From positions 1-64,000 of the forward strand of contig CAJNYD010000002.1 of the NCBI GenBank assembly GCA_905331295.1: a stretch of DNA of 64,000 nt, given 5' to 3'. Below the pieces are notes generated by a model, which was not told the origin of the DNA, did no database searches, and saw only the letters and a program-made list of their open reading frames with translations. This document shows positions 53,128 through 64,000 of the stretch, piece by piece; position 1 is the stretch's first letter; every line of letters begins with the position of its first letter. Origin of the DNA: Rotaria socialis (lineage: Eukaryota). The position numbers and the translations under genes are program-made.

Positions 53128-53615
53128 AATAAGAATATCAAGTGATTTTTCTTGTGGTAACATCGTATATAAATCTGTAATATCAAATGTGCACAAATAA
53201 GTTTTTTGTTTCAAATAGCCATTTGCTGCATAAGCTTCTAAACGATGAATCGAATCAACTCCATGAATAATTCTTGTTGAACGCGCAAGTTTATCAAATA
53301 TTGGTGGGATTAATTCATCCAAAAATTTTGAAATTCTTGTCGTTGGCATATTCATTGATGATAGAATAGGCCTCAATGGTGTCCCTGCCTAATAAATTGT
53401 GTTGAAGAGAGATAAGAATCACAAATTGGAAATGGATTACTTTGTGAGGTTTAGGAATGAAATATAAATAAGCTAACTGAACTTTCTCCCACTTCGGCAT
53501 CATTTTATCTAGTTGCGACGATAGAATATGTTTTTTTGAACGAAGATCATTAAGTAAAACATTAGCTTTATCAAATACACTCCATAACGGATTAGAATCT
53601 ATATACAATGATTTC
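53128..53615 (-). pseudogene. Athena RT fragment (second family), interrupted by the Helentron end
   Basis: LYFIPKPHK|AGTPLRPI...TFDITDLYTMLPQEKSLDILI, then the subTIR begins. The intron is at the same position as in the first RT. Confidence 0.85.
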
Positions 53616-53824
53616 CTGCAACATTGCTTCTTGGTAACATATTATCGATAATCATATTTATAAAAGATGTTTCAATCGGATATTGTTGCACAGCATTTTT
53701 CACAAAGTCAGACAAATATATTTCGAAAGTAAGCAGCAATCTCCACTATAAAAGCTGGTTTAAAAAAAGAAAATACAGAAATTGTTTTTTGTTTATGACG
53801 CATTGGGTTGCTATGATTTGAATA

Positions 53825-54316
53825 TCACAGTTCACAGTGCAAATATTCCGTACTTTCAAAATCCGTTCTATCTGTTGCACATGCTGGCGGCGTCCATAGG
53901 CATTCGTAAACGATTGGAATACCATGATGTCTGAATTTGCTCGCTTGATTGCTACATCGCTCTCGTAAATCGCTTGACGGTGGATGAGCAGACCAGAATG
54001 GTGAATGATGGAGAAAGTATCCAAAAGTAGCTTCCGAGAATGCTGCATAAGAGCGTGTATTAATTATGTGCAAGTGGAATGCCTTGTCTATTTCTTTGGG
54101 TGGTCCACAATCAGCCCCGATATTATATCGGATACCAGTATAGAAATTTTCCAATTCATAGACAATTTCTTGAGCACGATCCGTTGAAATCTCGTTGTAT
54201 GTTGTTGTAAGCATTTCGATCAGATACGCTCGATCACCATCAGGAAGAATAACTCTTTCCACAGCAACAGTAGATACTATTAACAATAGAGAAGAAATCA
54301 GAAAGATTAAAGCCAT
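53825..54316 (-). CDS. Secreted, intronless DUF1399/glycine-rich-domain-like protein
   Basis: Signal peptide MALIFLISSLLLIVSTVA, motif PPKEIDKAFHLHIINTRSYAAF....FGYFLHHSP, TATA box ~60 nt upstream. Confidence 0.65.
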   Translation of the reverse strand: MALIFLISSLLLIVSTVAVERVILPDGDRAYLIEMLTTTYNEISTDRAQEIVYELENFYTGIRYNIGADCGPPKEIDKAFHLHIINTRSYAAFSEATFGYFLHHSPFWSAHPPSSDLRERCSNQASKFRHHGIPIVYECLWTPPACATDRTDFESTEYLHCEL

Positions 54317-54632
54317 GCTTGGTAGTTGAGAGAAGCTGAGAGAACAATAACAAATCAATGCATAGAAAACATTGCTTATATACAGCGTGTTTATTACTTC
54401 TAGTCTACCGACAAATCGAAAAAAAGACCAAATCAATATAAAATTGTGAAAACACTTATGCACTGGTGGCGCTAATTTCTGAAATACCACAGCCACTTTT
54501 TCAGTAGGGGTCCTTAATATCAAAACGTAGCTTGACAAAAGACAGATCGTCTCACGTAGTCAGATTTTTCGGCCTATTTTTTTTCTCGAGAAAATGATTA
54601 ATTAAGGGGGGGGGCGCGGGGGGGGGGGGGGN

Positions 54633-55586
54633 ATAAAGATAGTTTCTAATGGCTCAAGCGTGACTGATCCCTCTCCTTATTGGCGGTTGCGTTTCATTGC
54701 TCTTAATGTTCTACTGAGGGCGACCCCCCCTTTCCGGCGTTTCTAAGAAACGGCCGAACGAAAACTCCTGAAACTTTCAGGGTAGATAGATCTTGAGTAG
54801 TAAAGCAGAAGTTGCCATAGACACAGATTTGTCAGACGTCATCTTTATGGATTTCCAGAGACCCCAAGCTCAAAAACTTGCAAAAAGTTTCACCCCTGCA
54901 AATCCAAAAATTTCATCCGTTTGAGCTGAAATTTTCACTGTGGGTAAACGAACACAATCGGGGTGGACGTTTTTTTTTCTTTTTCAAAAGTTCCGAATAC
55001 TTCAGCCTGGAGAACCAAAATACTGAGCACCGCAAAATCCCTAGGTTTTTTGGATCCTGAAAATTTTGCGAAGCATGCCAAACTTGATTGGTAGAAGGTA
55101 TCAAAAAAAAACATGCGCCCAACCCAAATCACTTGAACTCTCAGTAAAAAAAATTCAGCCTGATCGGGCGTGAAATGCTGAAGACAGTGGGAAACTGGTT
55201 TTTGATACTCAAAAACCTAGTTTCGAGAAAAATGCAAAATAAACGAAATGTTTAAAATAATAGTTTTTTTTTCGTCTTTAGTATAAATATACTACGTACA
55301 TCATGATATAACTTTACATTAAAAAACAACAATTTTTTTTTGTCGAATACGTCTCCAGAAAACCTGGTTTTTCAGAGACTTTCCGACCTTGGATGGTTCT
55401 AGTTTTTACAGCACACTTAAAGGAGACCTTGATACACCTTTATATACAACGAAAAAAAAATCGAAAAAAAAAATTTTAGGCTTGGGAAAGGGGGGTCGCC
55501 CTCAGTAGAACATTAAGAGCAATGAAACGCAACAGCCAATAAGGAGAGGGATCAGTCACGCTTTAGCCATTAGAAACTATCTTTAT
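54633..55586. mobile_element. Non-autonomous TIR element with ~100-bp TIRs
   Basis: 54633-54735 is the reverse complement of ~55485-55586 with few mismatches. The left end is hidden by an N at 54632. Confidence 0.8.
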
Positions 55587-56027
55587 TTCTATAGGATAGA
55601 TTGTATAGATTAGTTCTCGGTTATAGCCACTTTTCTAGAAAAAATTGAAAGCAAAGTTTGATAGAGAATTTTTCTCTTTATATCCTCAGATTAAAGAAAA
55701 CCTCAGTCCATTTAATTTTTAAGAGGTCGCCACCCGTAGGGCATTCGATATTAATTCGCTTAAAATGCGTTGTTTTTTCGCTGTGTTGATATACTATTCT
55801 TCCTCTTTCTCCTGATTCAGATTCTGTTCTGTTCTCTATTTGCAACGTGGTAACATTTCATTGGACCATATCATTGCCAGTTAAAAGACAAGGTTCGGTT
55901 TTCAACCACTCATTTGTGAAAACGTGACAGTACAGTACTATTCAATATGGAAAAGAAATACAAGGTGGTCCCACATTACTATGAAGGATTGATAATGATT
56001 TTTGAATTTAAAGAAACATACTTCTGA

Positions 56028-56040
56028 GGGTGTGGGTGTG
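56028..56040 (+). repeat. Telomeric repeats at an Athena 3' junction
   Basis: GGGTGTGGGTGTG directly before the pLTR start AAGAAGCT. Confidence 0.75.
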
Positions 56041-57276
56041 AAGAAGCTACCAAGACGCGTTTCATCCCTGCTAAAGGAATCATCAGTTGGCTTAATCTAT
56101 TTCAGTTTCAAATAGAAAAAATTCAAAACAAAATAGGAATAATAAAATTCATTGTCATAAATATTCTTTCAGAAAGAGTCAAATTTTAATGTGTTTTAGA
56201 ATTCTTCTTTTGTTTTGTGGTGGAAATAGGAATAGCATGAAAAATAGTCTGTCAAAGTGATATTTTGGCTTTGGATAAAAAAAAATTCTGAATTAGGTTT
56301 CGATTGAATATTTTTGAATTCTCACTTTTATTTTATTGAGTATTCGGAATCATGTTAGAGGAATTAATTAGATAAATAGTTCGTTGAGTAGACATTGTTC
56401 TTGGATGTCGATGATGATGACGTTGGTTTCATATTTGGTTATTTGTTGTTTGATTTTGTGCTTTTTGTTGACGATGTCTGTTCTTTTCGCGGTTTTCATC
56501 TAGAATCAATAAATAAATGTATATTATATATTATTTTTGAAAGACTGCGTTATTTTTTTGATTTATCTTACTTGCTCTAGGTTTGTTCTTCAGTATTGTC
56601 TGTCTTGGACGTTTTCGAATCAATTCTTTCATTGTATTTTTCCGATTTCTGTTCCCAACGATTAGTTTCGTTTCGATTATTGGAGTGTTTGCGAATGTTT
56701 CTTGAAAGATACGATGCAGATCGTGCTTACGTGTGTTGAATCGTTTCTCATGTGTATAATGAATTATAAGTTTATTTTGAAATTCATTTTGTTTCTTATT
56801 CTCTTGAATGGTGAATTCTTGTTTTTTATCCGATTCTTCAAATAAATAGTTGTTATCAGTCGTAACTGTTGCAATTCTCATTTCGACTTGAGATTGTTTT
56901 CGACTAGGTTGTCCAGATAATGCAATACGCATTTGTAAGAATTGTCTTTCCTCATCAAGAAATGGTAGAAATGATCGAGATGATATGTAGCCAGAGAAGA
57001 ATTTTCGGAATGTCTTGTCGATAAATGTAGACGGGTAACTATAGAATAAATCTATGAGAATAGTATATGTATCAAAAATAAACTTACCCATTGTACAAAA
57101 ATGTTGATTTGATATATCTTCTCTCATCATTGAATAATTGAAAAGTTGATGAATATTTGATTGCACGTCGAAGACTTGTTTGTATAATGTTATCGAATAC
57201 ATGTCGAGGATGATCAGAAATAAATGGTACAACATAGGGTTCTGCTCCTGGTTTATGATAGACCGAGGTTGATAGA
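56041..57276 (-). mobile_element. 5'-truncated Athena element (pLTR plus RT C-terminus, no endonuclease)
   Basis: LSTSVYHKPGAEPYVVPFISDHPRH...FLYNG|YPSTFI...LIVGNRNR...ELIRKRP. No GIY-YIG motif follows. The 5' end is capped by telomeric repeats. Confidence 0.85.
56049..56091 (-). ncRNA. Minimal hammerhead ribozyme in a pLTR
   Basis: GCCAA-CTGATGA-TTCC..GGAT-GAAA-CGCG-TC-TTGGT. Confidence 0.8.
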
Positions 57277-57295
57277 GTGTGGGTGTGTGGGTGTG
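57277..57295 (+). repeat. Telomeric repeats capping the truncated Athena
   Basis: GTGTGGGTGTGTGGGTGTG, with another short tract at 57423-57437. Confidence 0.8.
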
Positions 57296-57303
57296 AAGAA
57301 GCT

Positions 57304-57346
57304 GCCAAGACGCGTTTCGTCCCTGCTAAAGGACTCATCAGTTGGC
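57304..57346 (-). ncRNA. Minimal hammerhead ribozyme in a pLTR
   Basis: GCCAA-CTGATGA-GTCC..GGAC-GAAA-CGCG-TC-TTGGC. Confidence 0.9.
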
Positions 57347-57469
57347 TTAATCTATTCTAGTTCATTAAAAATTTAAAAGAAAATTTAAAACAAACTAAAT
57401 AGATAACTCAAATTCATTGTTAGGGTGTGTGGGTGTGTTAGACACTCAAATATATAGATTCAAAGCAGA

Positions 57470-57514
57470 ATACGACGCGTTTCGAACCTTGCTGAAGGGT
57501 TCAATCATCAGTAT
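57470..57514 (-). ncRNA. Variant hammerhead ribozyme
   Basis: ATA-CTGATGA-TT-GAACC..GGTTC-GAAA-CGCG-TC-GTAT. Has a 2-nt insertion after the core and a weak stem I. Confidence 0.6.
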
Positions 57515-57542
57515 CTTTAGAATCTTTTACTACATGTGAAAA

Positions 57543-60500
57543 GGAGGGGGGGCACTTTGTACACAAAACGGCCCTAAATGAAAATCAGTTCAAAAATGAG
57601 TTCTAACAACCATTTCAATCTGTACTGTGTGTGAGTACACGATTCTGAGCTTTTACAGGACATCTTCAAAAGGTTTTAGTCTCCGTCTACAAACAGTACA
57701 TCTCTACAATAAAACATACACTGTAGTGACTGTCGTAGCAGCCAGCAACACATTACACAGACGCGCTAGTAACCTGCAGATAGAGCTTTTGAAGACCTAC
57801 AAAATGATCATAAAACATCCAGTAAAATATGCTACGTTCGAAAATTCTTGAACAGCATACAGTCAAAATTCTACGGAATGACGAATGTATGGCAAAGTGT
57901 GGTGTTTCCGATCTCGAGTACTGAACCAGATACCATCGCCGATTTTTCTCTACGAACTGAGTTTTCCAAGGTCTACAAACTGGTCATAAAATATTCAGTA
58001 AAATATGCTGTGCTCGACAATTCCTAAACAGCATACTGTCGAAAGTGTATGGGAAAATTATTGTGTGCGTCGAGAATGCTGAATATAATGCTTAACAGAT
58101 TTGATTTGGTGTTGTTTATCGTTCAGTGACGGAAAAATTGGTGTTTGAATATCAGTTCAGTGAATACGATTGGATATTTTTATGGACATCTTTATTTAGA
58201 CTGCATTGGATACGAGTCGATCTATTGTTATGGACATCTTTTTCAATAGTGCATTTGATCGTATGGGATGTTTTTCATGGACATCCGTATGGTTAGCTTT
58301 TCAGGTAGTAGCCCCTTCCTCTTTGGTCAGTGTGTCGGATTCAGAGCCAAACGTCTTAAAGGACGTCCTTTTCATCATCATCTGTGACCGGGATTCGATA
58401 CCGAGATTGTCGAAGTTAAATAAACAACCGCTATCCCCATTGGACCACCCGGTCGGTTTAAATCAGGTTGGATGAGTAGTATGAAGAGTATTGAATTGTT
58501 TTAATATATAAATGTTAAACTGACAGGTAAGCACATGTGAAAAGCAGAGGAAGAAAAGGGTATAGAATGGTCTTTGCTACGGATGGAACTTATCAATCTT
58601 GAATTTCTATGAAACAAGCCGAATAGTTATTCATACTTTTATTTCTGAAGAAAAATTTCATATATATATATATATACGTATATCATTCTGATGTATAGAT
58701 ATAGCTATTATCTTCTTCATCCGAAGACGGTTCAAAATCGGAAATATTGTCTGCATACTGGATGTTTGTGGTATTAGTTGATGATGGTTGTCGGTTTGTA
58801 GTACTTTGATAGCGTTCATAACCTAGAAACCAAATAGCTGCTGCAATATGTGAGCAACAGCCGACTGTTCGCGGACCAGGTATGCACGTACAATACCATG
58901 CGATAACTTGTGTTGAGTCAAATTGAATGTATGTATGATAGGTGCATGATTTATGTGCAGATCGAAATCGGAGACGAATGATGTCTTCTGCGCCATTTTC
59001 AGTGCATGCTTCGATTGGAAAATAGACATCCGGATCCGTGAGTTCAGTGCAGTCGCTGTGTTCTTCAGCATAACTTCTTGCTCTTTTCAGCTGATAGACA
59101 CCTGAAAAATAGTTAGATGTTAATGAAGATTTGATCGAAAAGTTTGATACCTAGAGTTATAGATCTGATATCATCGAGAGATAAGACAGGAAATGGTTCA
59201 AATAAATTGTCAATATCTATAAATTGCCAAACGTTATGTCGCTGCAGATTATTTTGGATAAGCCGTTCTTGCAAGATGTTGCTTTTTGAGAGCAGTTGAT
59301 TCATACGTCGAACTATATCATCATCTTCGGGTGAGGCTACTACCATGGGTACGTGAAAGCAGTTATTAAGTGCTGCTAAAATGGCCATAAAATCAGGAAC
59401 GGATGGCAAAGATGAACTTTGAATGGTTTGACTGAACCATCTGAATCTTTTGAGCCGTGCATTGACACCTTCAACTACCCAACGTAGTTTCGTGACAAAA
59501 CGTGATCGGTTGGCATCGTACGCATCGAATTGTCGTCGATTTTTACCGAGAAACGAAGGCATCGCAGTGTCAATCCCAAGAGCTTTTAGTACGCCAAGAG
59601 AATCACGGAAGCCTCTGTCTAAAATCATAATGTCATTTTCCTTGGTCCAATTAAGAATATCTTCATAGTTATTGAGCATGACATGCTTCAGAATAGAAGC
59701 GTCATTGTTATGAAAGTCGGAGAAGAATGGTCCAAAAATTGTGACTATATACCCAGTTGTGGTAACCATAACCATGGGCTTGATCAATGACCGTTTCTTC
59801 TGCAGACTGTATGTCCTGCGTTGAACTGCATTATTTCGACTTTTCTATTTTTCAAGACAAAGTGTTAGTTTTAAAATGCTCATGACTTGTGTTACCTGTA
59901 TATATAGATAGGTTCCATCGAGTACCAGTATACATGGGTCTCGGCCCTCAGTCAATAAACGATTTGCGATTGGTGATGTATGCTTGTCGATAACATCCTG
60001 CCGTGTCAAGTGAGCTAAACCCAAATAGCGAGGTACGAAGTGCTTGGTGACCGCAACTGGAGCCTCACATATGATACGGCTCATTCGGCGTTTGCTGTCT
60101 ACACCGACCATAGATGCTAAAACCGAATCGCTCAATCCCAGTTTCAATTTCATTAAAAGATACGCCAGAGCAGATCGAGCTGACCTTGTCGCTGAATTCT
60201 TCAAAGATGTTGGAGGTATATGTGACAAGATATGAGCATGCTGAGCTCGAGTAAATCCAGTCAGTTTGATGTAATCAGCATCTGTCAAGCACATGCATTC
60301 GTCAAAATCAAGGTGTTTGTTACTGTTGAGTCGTGTACGATACGATTTAAGGAGGTTTATGAGCGTTTGTGGAGAAAAAAGTCGATATTGCACTTTGTGT
60401 GGTACCAGAGACTGGAACGCTTCAGGAATCAGACGTTTACCGACAGTGTGTAGCTTGCAGCATCGGGATCCTGCAGGTATTTCGATGTGGCGCCGAATGA

Positions 60501-62385
60501 ACAATTCAGTGCGATCTGCTTCGCGAATAGTCACCGTTGGAGGTACAATTTGTTTTTTGCAAATACAACATTGACTAAAAAACGAAAAGTACTTGATTGT
60601 CTGTATCCTAAGCATCTACCTTTTTGAAAAGACCGAAACTTCAATTGGAACTTCGATACCTTGTTCATCGATATTTTCATCTGAGGGGATTGTATCCATC
60701 TAGAAAGTTAGACTAAATAACGATGAAATATATCCAGCTGCACTTACTGCTTCACTACTTCCATCCGAATTGATTTCTTCATCGTCCACTTGATCACTAG
60801 TGACAGTTGAATCATAGATCGACTCGCTATCACTGGATGATGCATTTGCTGTTTGAACACGAATAGATCCATCGTACATCGAATCAGCCACACTTGATGT
60901 GTCATCAATCAGCTGATCAGTGCCATTATCTTCATTTTCGTCTCCGACAACATCAGTGTCGGCATTTGCTGCTTGATGGTTATTGTTGATGGTGGTCAGC
61001 ACATCGCAGAATTCTGGTAGAGCTGTCCATTGATTAAACATAAAACGGCACTTCGTACAAATGTAGCCATCAGTCGGCAGAGAAGCTGGAAACAAACGTG
61101 CAGCAACAAAAAGTCGAATACATTTTCCCTTCAAAGAGCGTCGACAGCTCGCAGTAAGGCGATCACCACAACAGGCGCACGCACAAAACTTCTTCGAATT
61201 CATTTTATGCGAAATGAAACAATAAACAAGGAAACGCATACAACTTATAATCTCTCTCTTCATTCTCTATCACTAATAGAAATTCTCTGAATCACTCTCC
61301 ATCTGAAATATATTCTCTCTGAATCTCTCATAAAATTAATCAGTTCATTTCTCTTTTTCTCTGTCAAAAATAACATCAGTGCATGTATTTCACGCGCTCT
61401 CTTAGATTTCTTCTCCGCTTACGCCTCCCCTTTCAAATATCTTCCCGTCCACTACATCTAACTGACCACATTAGCTATTCCTTTGTTATCCAACTTTCGT
61501 CTCTGCATCTAAATTACCGCACAATTCCTCATGAGAAAGGATTCTTACGCTCCCATCACAAAACCACTGATAAAATAGAGCACCCCGGTCAGAACACCTT
61601 TCTCGGACAAACAACCTAACCATTTCTGAAGCAGCATGTACAAAAAAATCCTTTCAATATTCATTCCGTCACCATACGACAACTTCACCAACGCTGCGAA
61701 AATATAAACAAATCTCTCCCAGTTTATATTATCCCTCAGAGGAACCCTACATACCCTCTCACCTCAGAACATCTTGAAACACGCGATCACTTATCTTTCC
61801 GCTGGTGAAATTACGGTGGTATCTAGTTCAGTACTCGAGATCGGAAACACCACACTTTGCCATACATTCGTCATTCCGTAGAATTTCGACAGTATGCTGT
61901 TTAGGAATTGTCGAGCACAGCATATTTTACTGAATATTTTATGACCAGTTTGTAGACCTTGGAAAACTCAGTTCGTAGAGAAAAATCGGCGATGGTATCT
62001 GGTTCAGTACTCGAGATCGGAAACACCACACTTTGCCATACATTCGTCATTCCGTAGAATTTTGACTGTATGCTGTTCAAGAATTTTCGAACGTAGCATA
62101 TTTTACTGGATGTTTTATGATCATTTTGTAGGTCTTCAAAAGCTCTATCTGCAGGTTACTAGCGCGTCTGTGTAATGTGTTGCTGGCTGCTACGACAGTC
62201 ACTACAGTGTATGTTTTATTGTAGAGATGTACTGTTTGTAGACGGAGACTAAAACCTTTTGAAGATGTCCTGTAAAAGCTCAGAATCGTGTACTCACACA
62301 CAGTACAGATTGAAATGGTTGTTAGAACTCATTTTTGAACTGATTTTCATTTAGGGCCGTTTTGTGTACAAAGTGTCCCCCCTCC
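57543..62385 (-). mobile_element. PIF/Harbinger-ISL2EU-group (PHIS) DNA transposon with ~500-bp TIRs
   Basis: GGAGGGGGG(G/A)CACTTTGTACAC ends, with 57543-~58040 inverted at ~61885-62385 (identical 74-aa ORFs on both strands). Internal ~180-bp subrepeats. Flanked AAA|...|TTT. Confidence 0.9.
58683..61203 (-). CDS. DDE_Tnp_4-type transposase with N-terminal Cys motifs and C-terminal SWIM finger, apparently intact
   Basis: VLDGTYLYI, KPMVMVTTTGYI...GPF...NDASIL, LDRGFRD, RWVVEGVNARLK. The last exon reads WYCTCIPGPRTVGCCSHIAAAIWFLG and ends at a TGA at 58683. Confidence 0.88.
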
Positions 62386-62436
62386 TTTAAAAAACTATTT
62401 ATTACAATTTTTGTTTTAATTTAATTCTATTTTAAG

Positions 62437-64000
62437 GATGATATACCAGTTAGACCAATTGAAAGTACTATTCATGCTTCAACAACAAAAATTTCCAAAT
62501 TTTTAGACAAAATTTTACGATCAATATTTGATGATAAATGCAAGGATACAACCATTATTGATGGTGCCTCTTTAATTTCTGATCTTTCAAAATATAACAA
62601 AAAAGGTCTCTTAAAGTCAACAACTCTTTTTTGTACATTTGATATTCGTAATTTATATACAATGATACCACAGGAAGAAACATTGAATACTCTTATGACA
62701 TTTCTTGTTACACATGGTTATAGAAAAGTGAAGGGAATTAGTATTGATACAATAAAAAAATTAGCTTCCATTGTAATTAAAGATAATGTTTTTGCTTATG
62801 GTGAAAAAATTTATAAACAAACAACTGGTGGTGTTATGGGTTCATCATTTACATTAACATTAGCTAATATTTTCATGTCGGAATGGCAAAAGCAAATTGT
62901 AGAAGAACAAACAAAAACAGGCGAATTATATGGCCGGTAAATGACAAGAAATAAATAAATCAATCACTATTTTAGAGAAACAAAACACTTTTCTTTTTTA
63001 GATACATCGATGATGTTTTTATGACTTGGAATAAATCTGAAGAAGAATTACGAAAATTATTAGACGATGTAAATACATGGCATCCAATATTAAATTAGAC
63101 TCCAAAATTGGTAATAGTCCCGCATTTCTTGATGTACAACTTACAAATAATAATGGAACATTGGCAACATCTGTTTATCACAAACGTGCAGCTGAACCAT
63201 ATGTTACACCATTTACCTCTGACCATCCTCGTCATGTTTTCGCAAATATTATTAAAACTTCTATTGAACGTGCAACAAGATACTCATCCACATTTGAAGA
63301 CTTTAATAATGAACGACGTAACATAAAATTCATGTTACTCTATAACGGGTAAGTTAATAAAAAAAAAAAAATGAAAAGAATTTTATTTAATTCTATATCT
63401 TACAGATATCCATTGACATTTATTGAAAATGAATTCAAGAAATATTTTTCTGAATATATATCAATATCACCATTTTTACATTTCATCGATGACGAAAAAA
63501 AATACAACCATACAAGGCAAAAATTATTAGGTCAACCAACACTTCGCCAATCACAAGTAGCAATGAGTGTGGCCCAAGCTAACATTGACAATGATGGAGC
63601 AGATGATCGATTAAATCAACCAAATGAATCTACAAAACAAACGGAAAACAAAACTTTCAATTTTGATGAAAAATTATTTATACATTTTACACATGAAAAC
63701 CGTTTCCATACATATAGGCGAGACATGCACCAAATATACGAAGACGTCTTTCAACAAACACCAGCCATGAATACACGATTGATCGTTGGTAACCGGAATC
63801 GTCGTGAGACTCAAAGCGAACTGATACGGAAGCGTCCAACCAAAGCGATCTTACAAAATAAAATAACAAAAAGTAAGTTACAGAAAAAAAAACATCAAAA
63901 AATCTTTCGCAAAAAAATTAAACATTCAACCTTTTTTCTCTAATTACCTAGAACCAGTGATGCGAACGACTACAACGAACTGAACGAGATAAAAGTCCAA
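62437..64000 (+). CDS. Athena RT, 5'-truncated, opposite orientation
   Basis: DDIPVRPI...TFDIRNLYTMIPQ...GVMGS..LANIFM...YGR|YIDD...FLDV..YHK...YNG|YP. Closely similar to the RT at 65-569 with the same intron positions. Confidence 0.9.

Noticed and set aside
54605..54632. G-run as a G-quadruplex or element end
   Set aside because: It abuts an N, so the homopolymer is unreliable.
57627..62301. Two identical 74-aa ORFs on opposite strands
   Set aside because: They simply reflect the long TIRs and have no coding evidence.

Overview
AT-rich, intron-containing eukaryotic DNA that is almost entirely mobile elements. It is best explained as a subtelomeric region of a bdelloid rotifer (Adineta-like), based on (TGTGGG)n tracts, intron-bearing endonuclease-less Penelope-like Athena/Terminon retroelements and hammerhead-ribozyme pseudo-LTRs. 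From left to right: (1) a minus-strand Terminon-like polygenic unit with a spliced RT gene, coiled-coil ORFs and an unannotated Cys-cluster gene; (2) a short Helentron-type non-autonomous element; (3) a CACTA/EnSpm element cut off by telomeric repeats and four hammerhead pLTRs; (4) a candidate ~33.7-kb giant Helentron (19435-53127); (5) further Athena fragments layered on telomeric repeats, plus an intronless DUF1399-like gene; (6) an apparently intact PIF/Harbinger-ISL2EU-group transposon with long TIRs; (7) an inverted Athena RT. The Helentron is bounded by matching subTIRs and a hairpin and encodes an OTU-Rep-PIF1 protein. Its cargo includes ubiquitin-pathway genes (F-box, RING-H2, two UIM-like paralogs, PPxY motifs), a virus-like nucleotidyltransferase, and four small single-pass membrane proteins, three of which share a motif and resemble viral FAST fusogens. 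This cargo-laden Helentron is the main candidate for an undescribed system. All calls come from reading motifs by eye, with no database searches.
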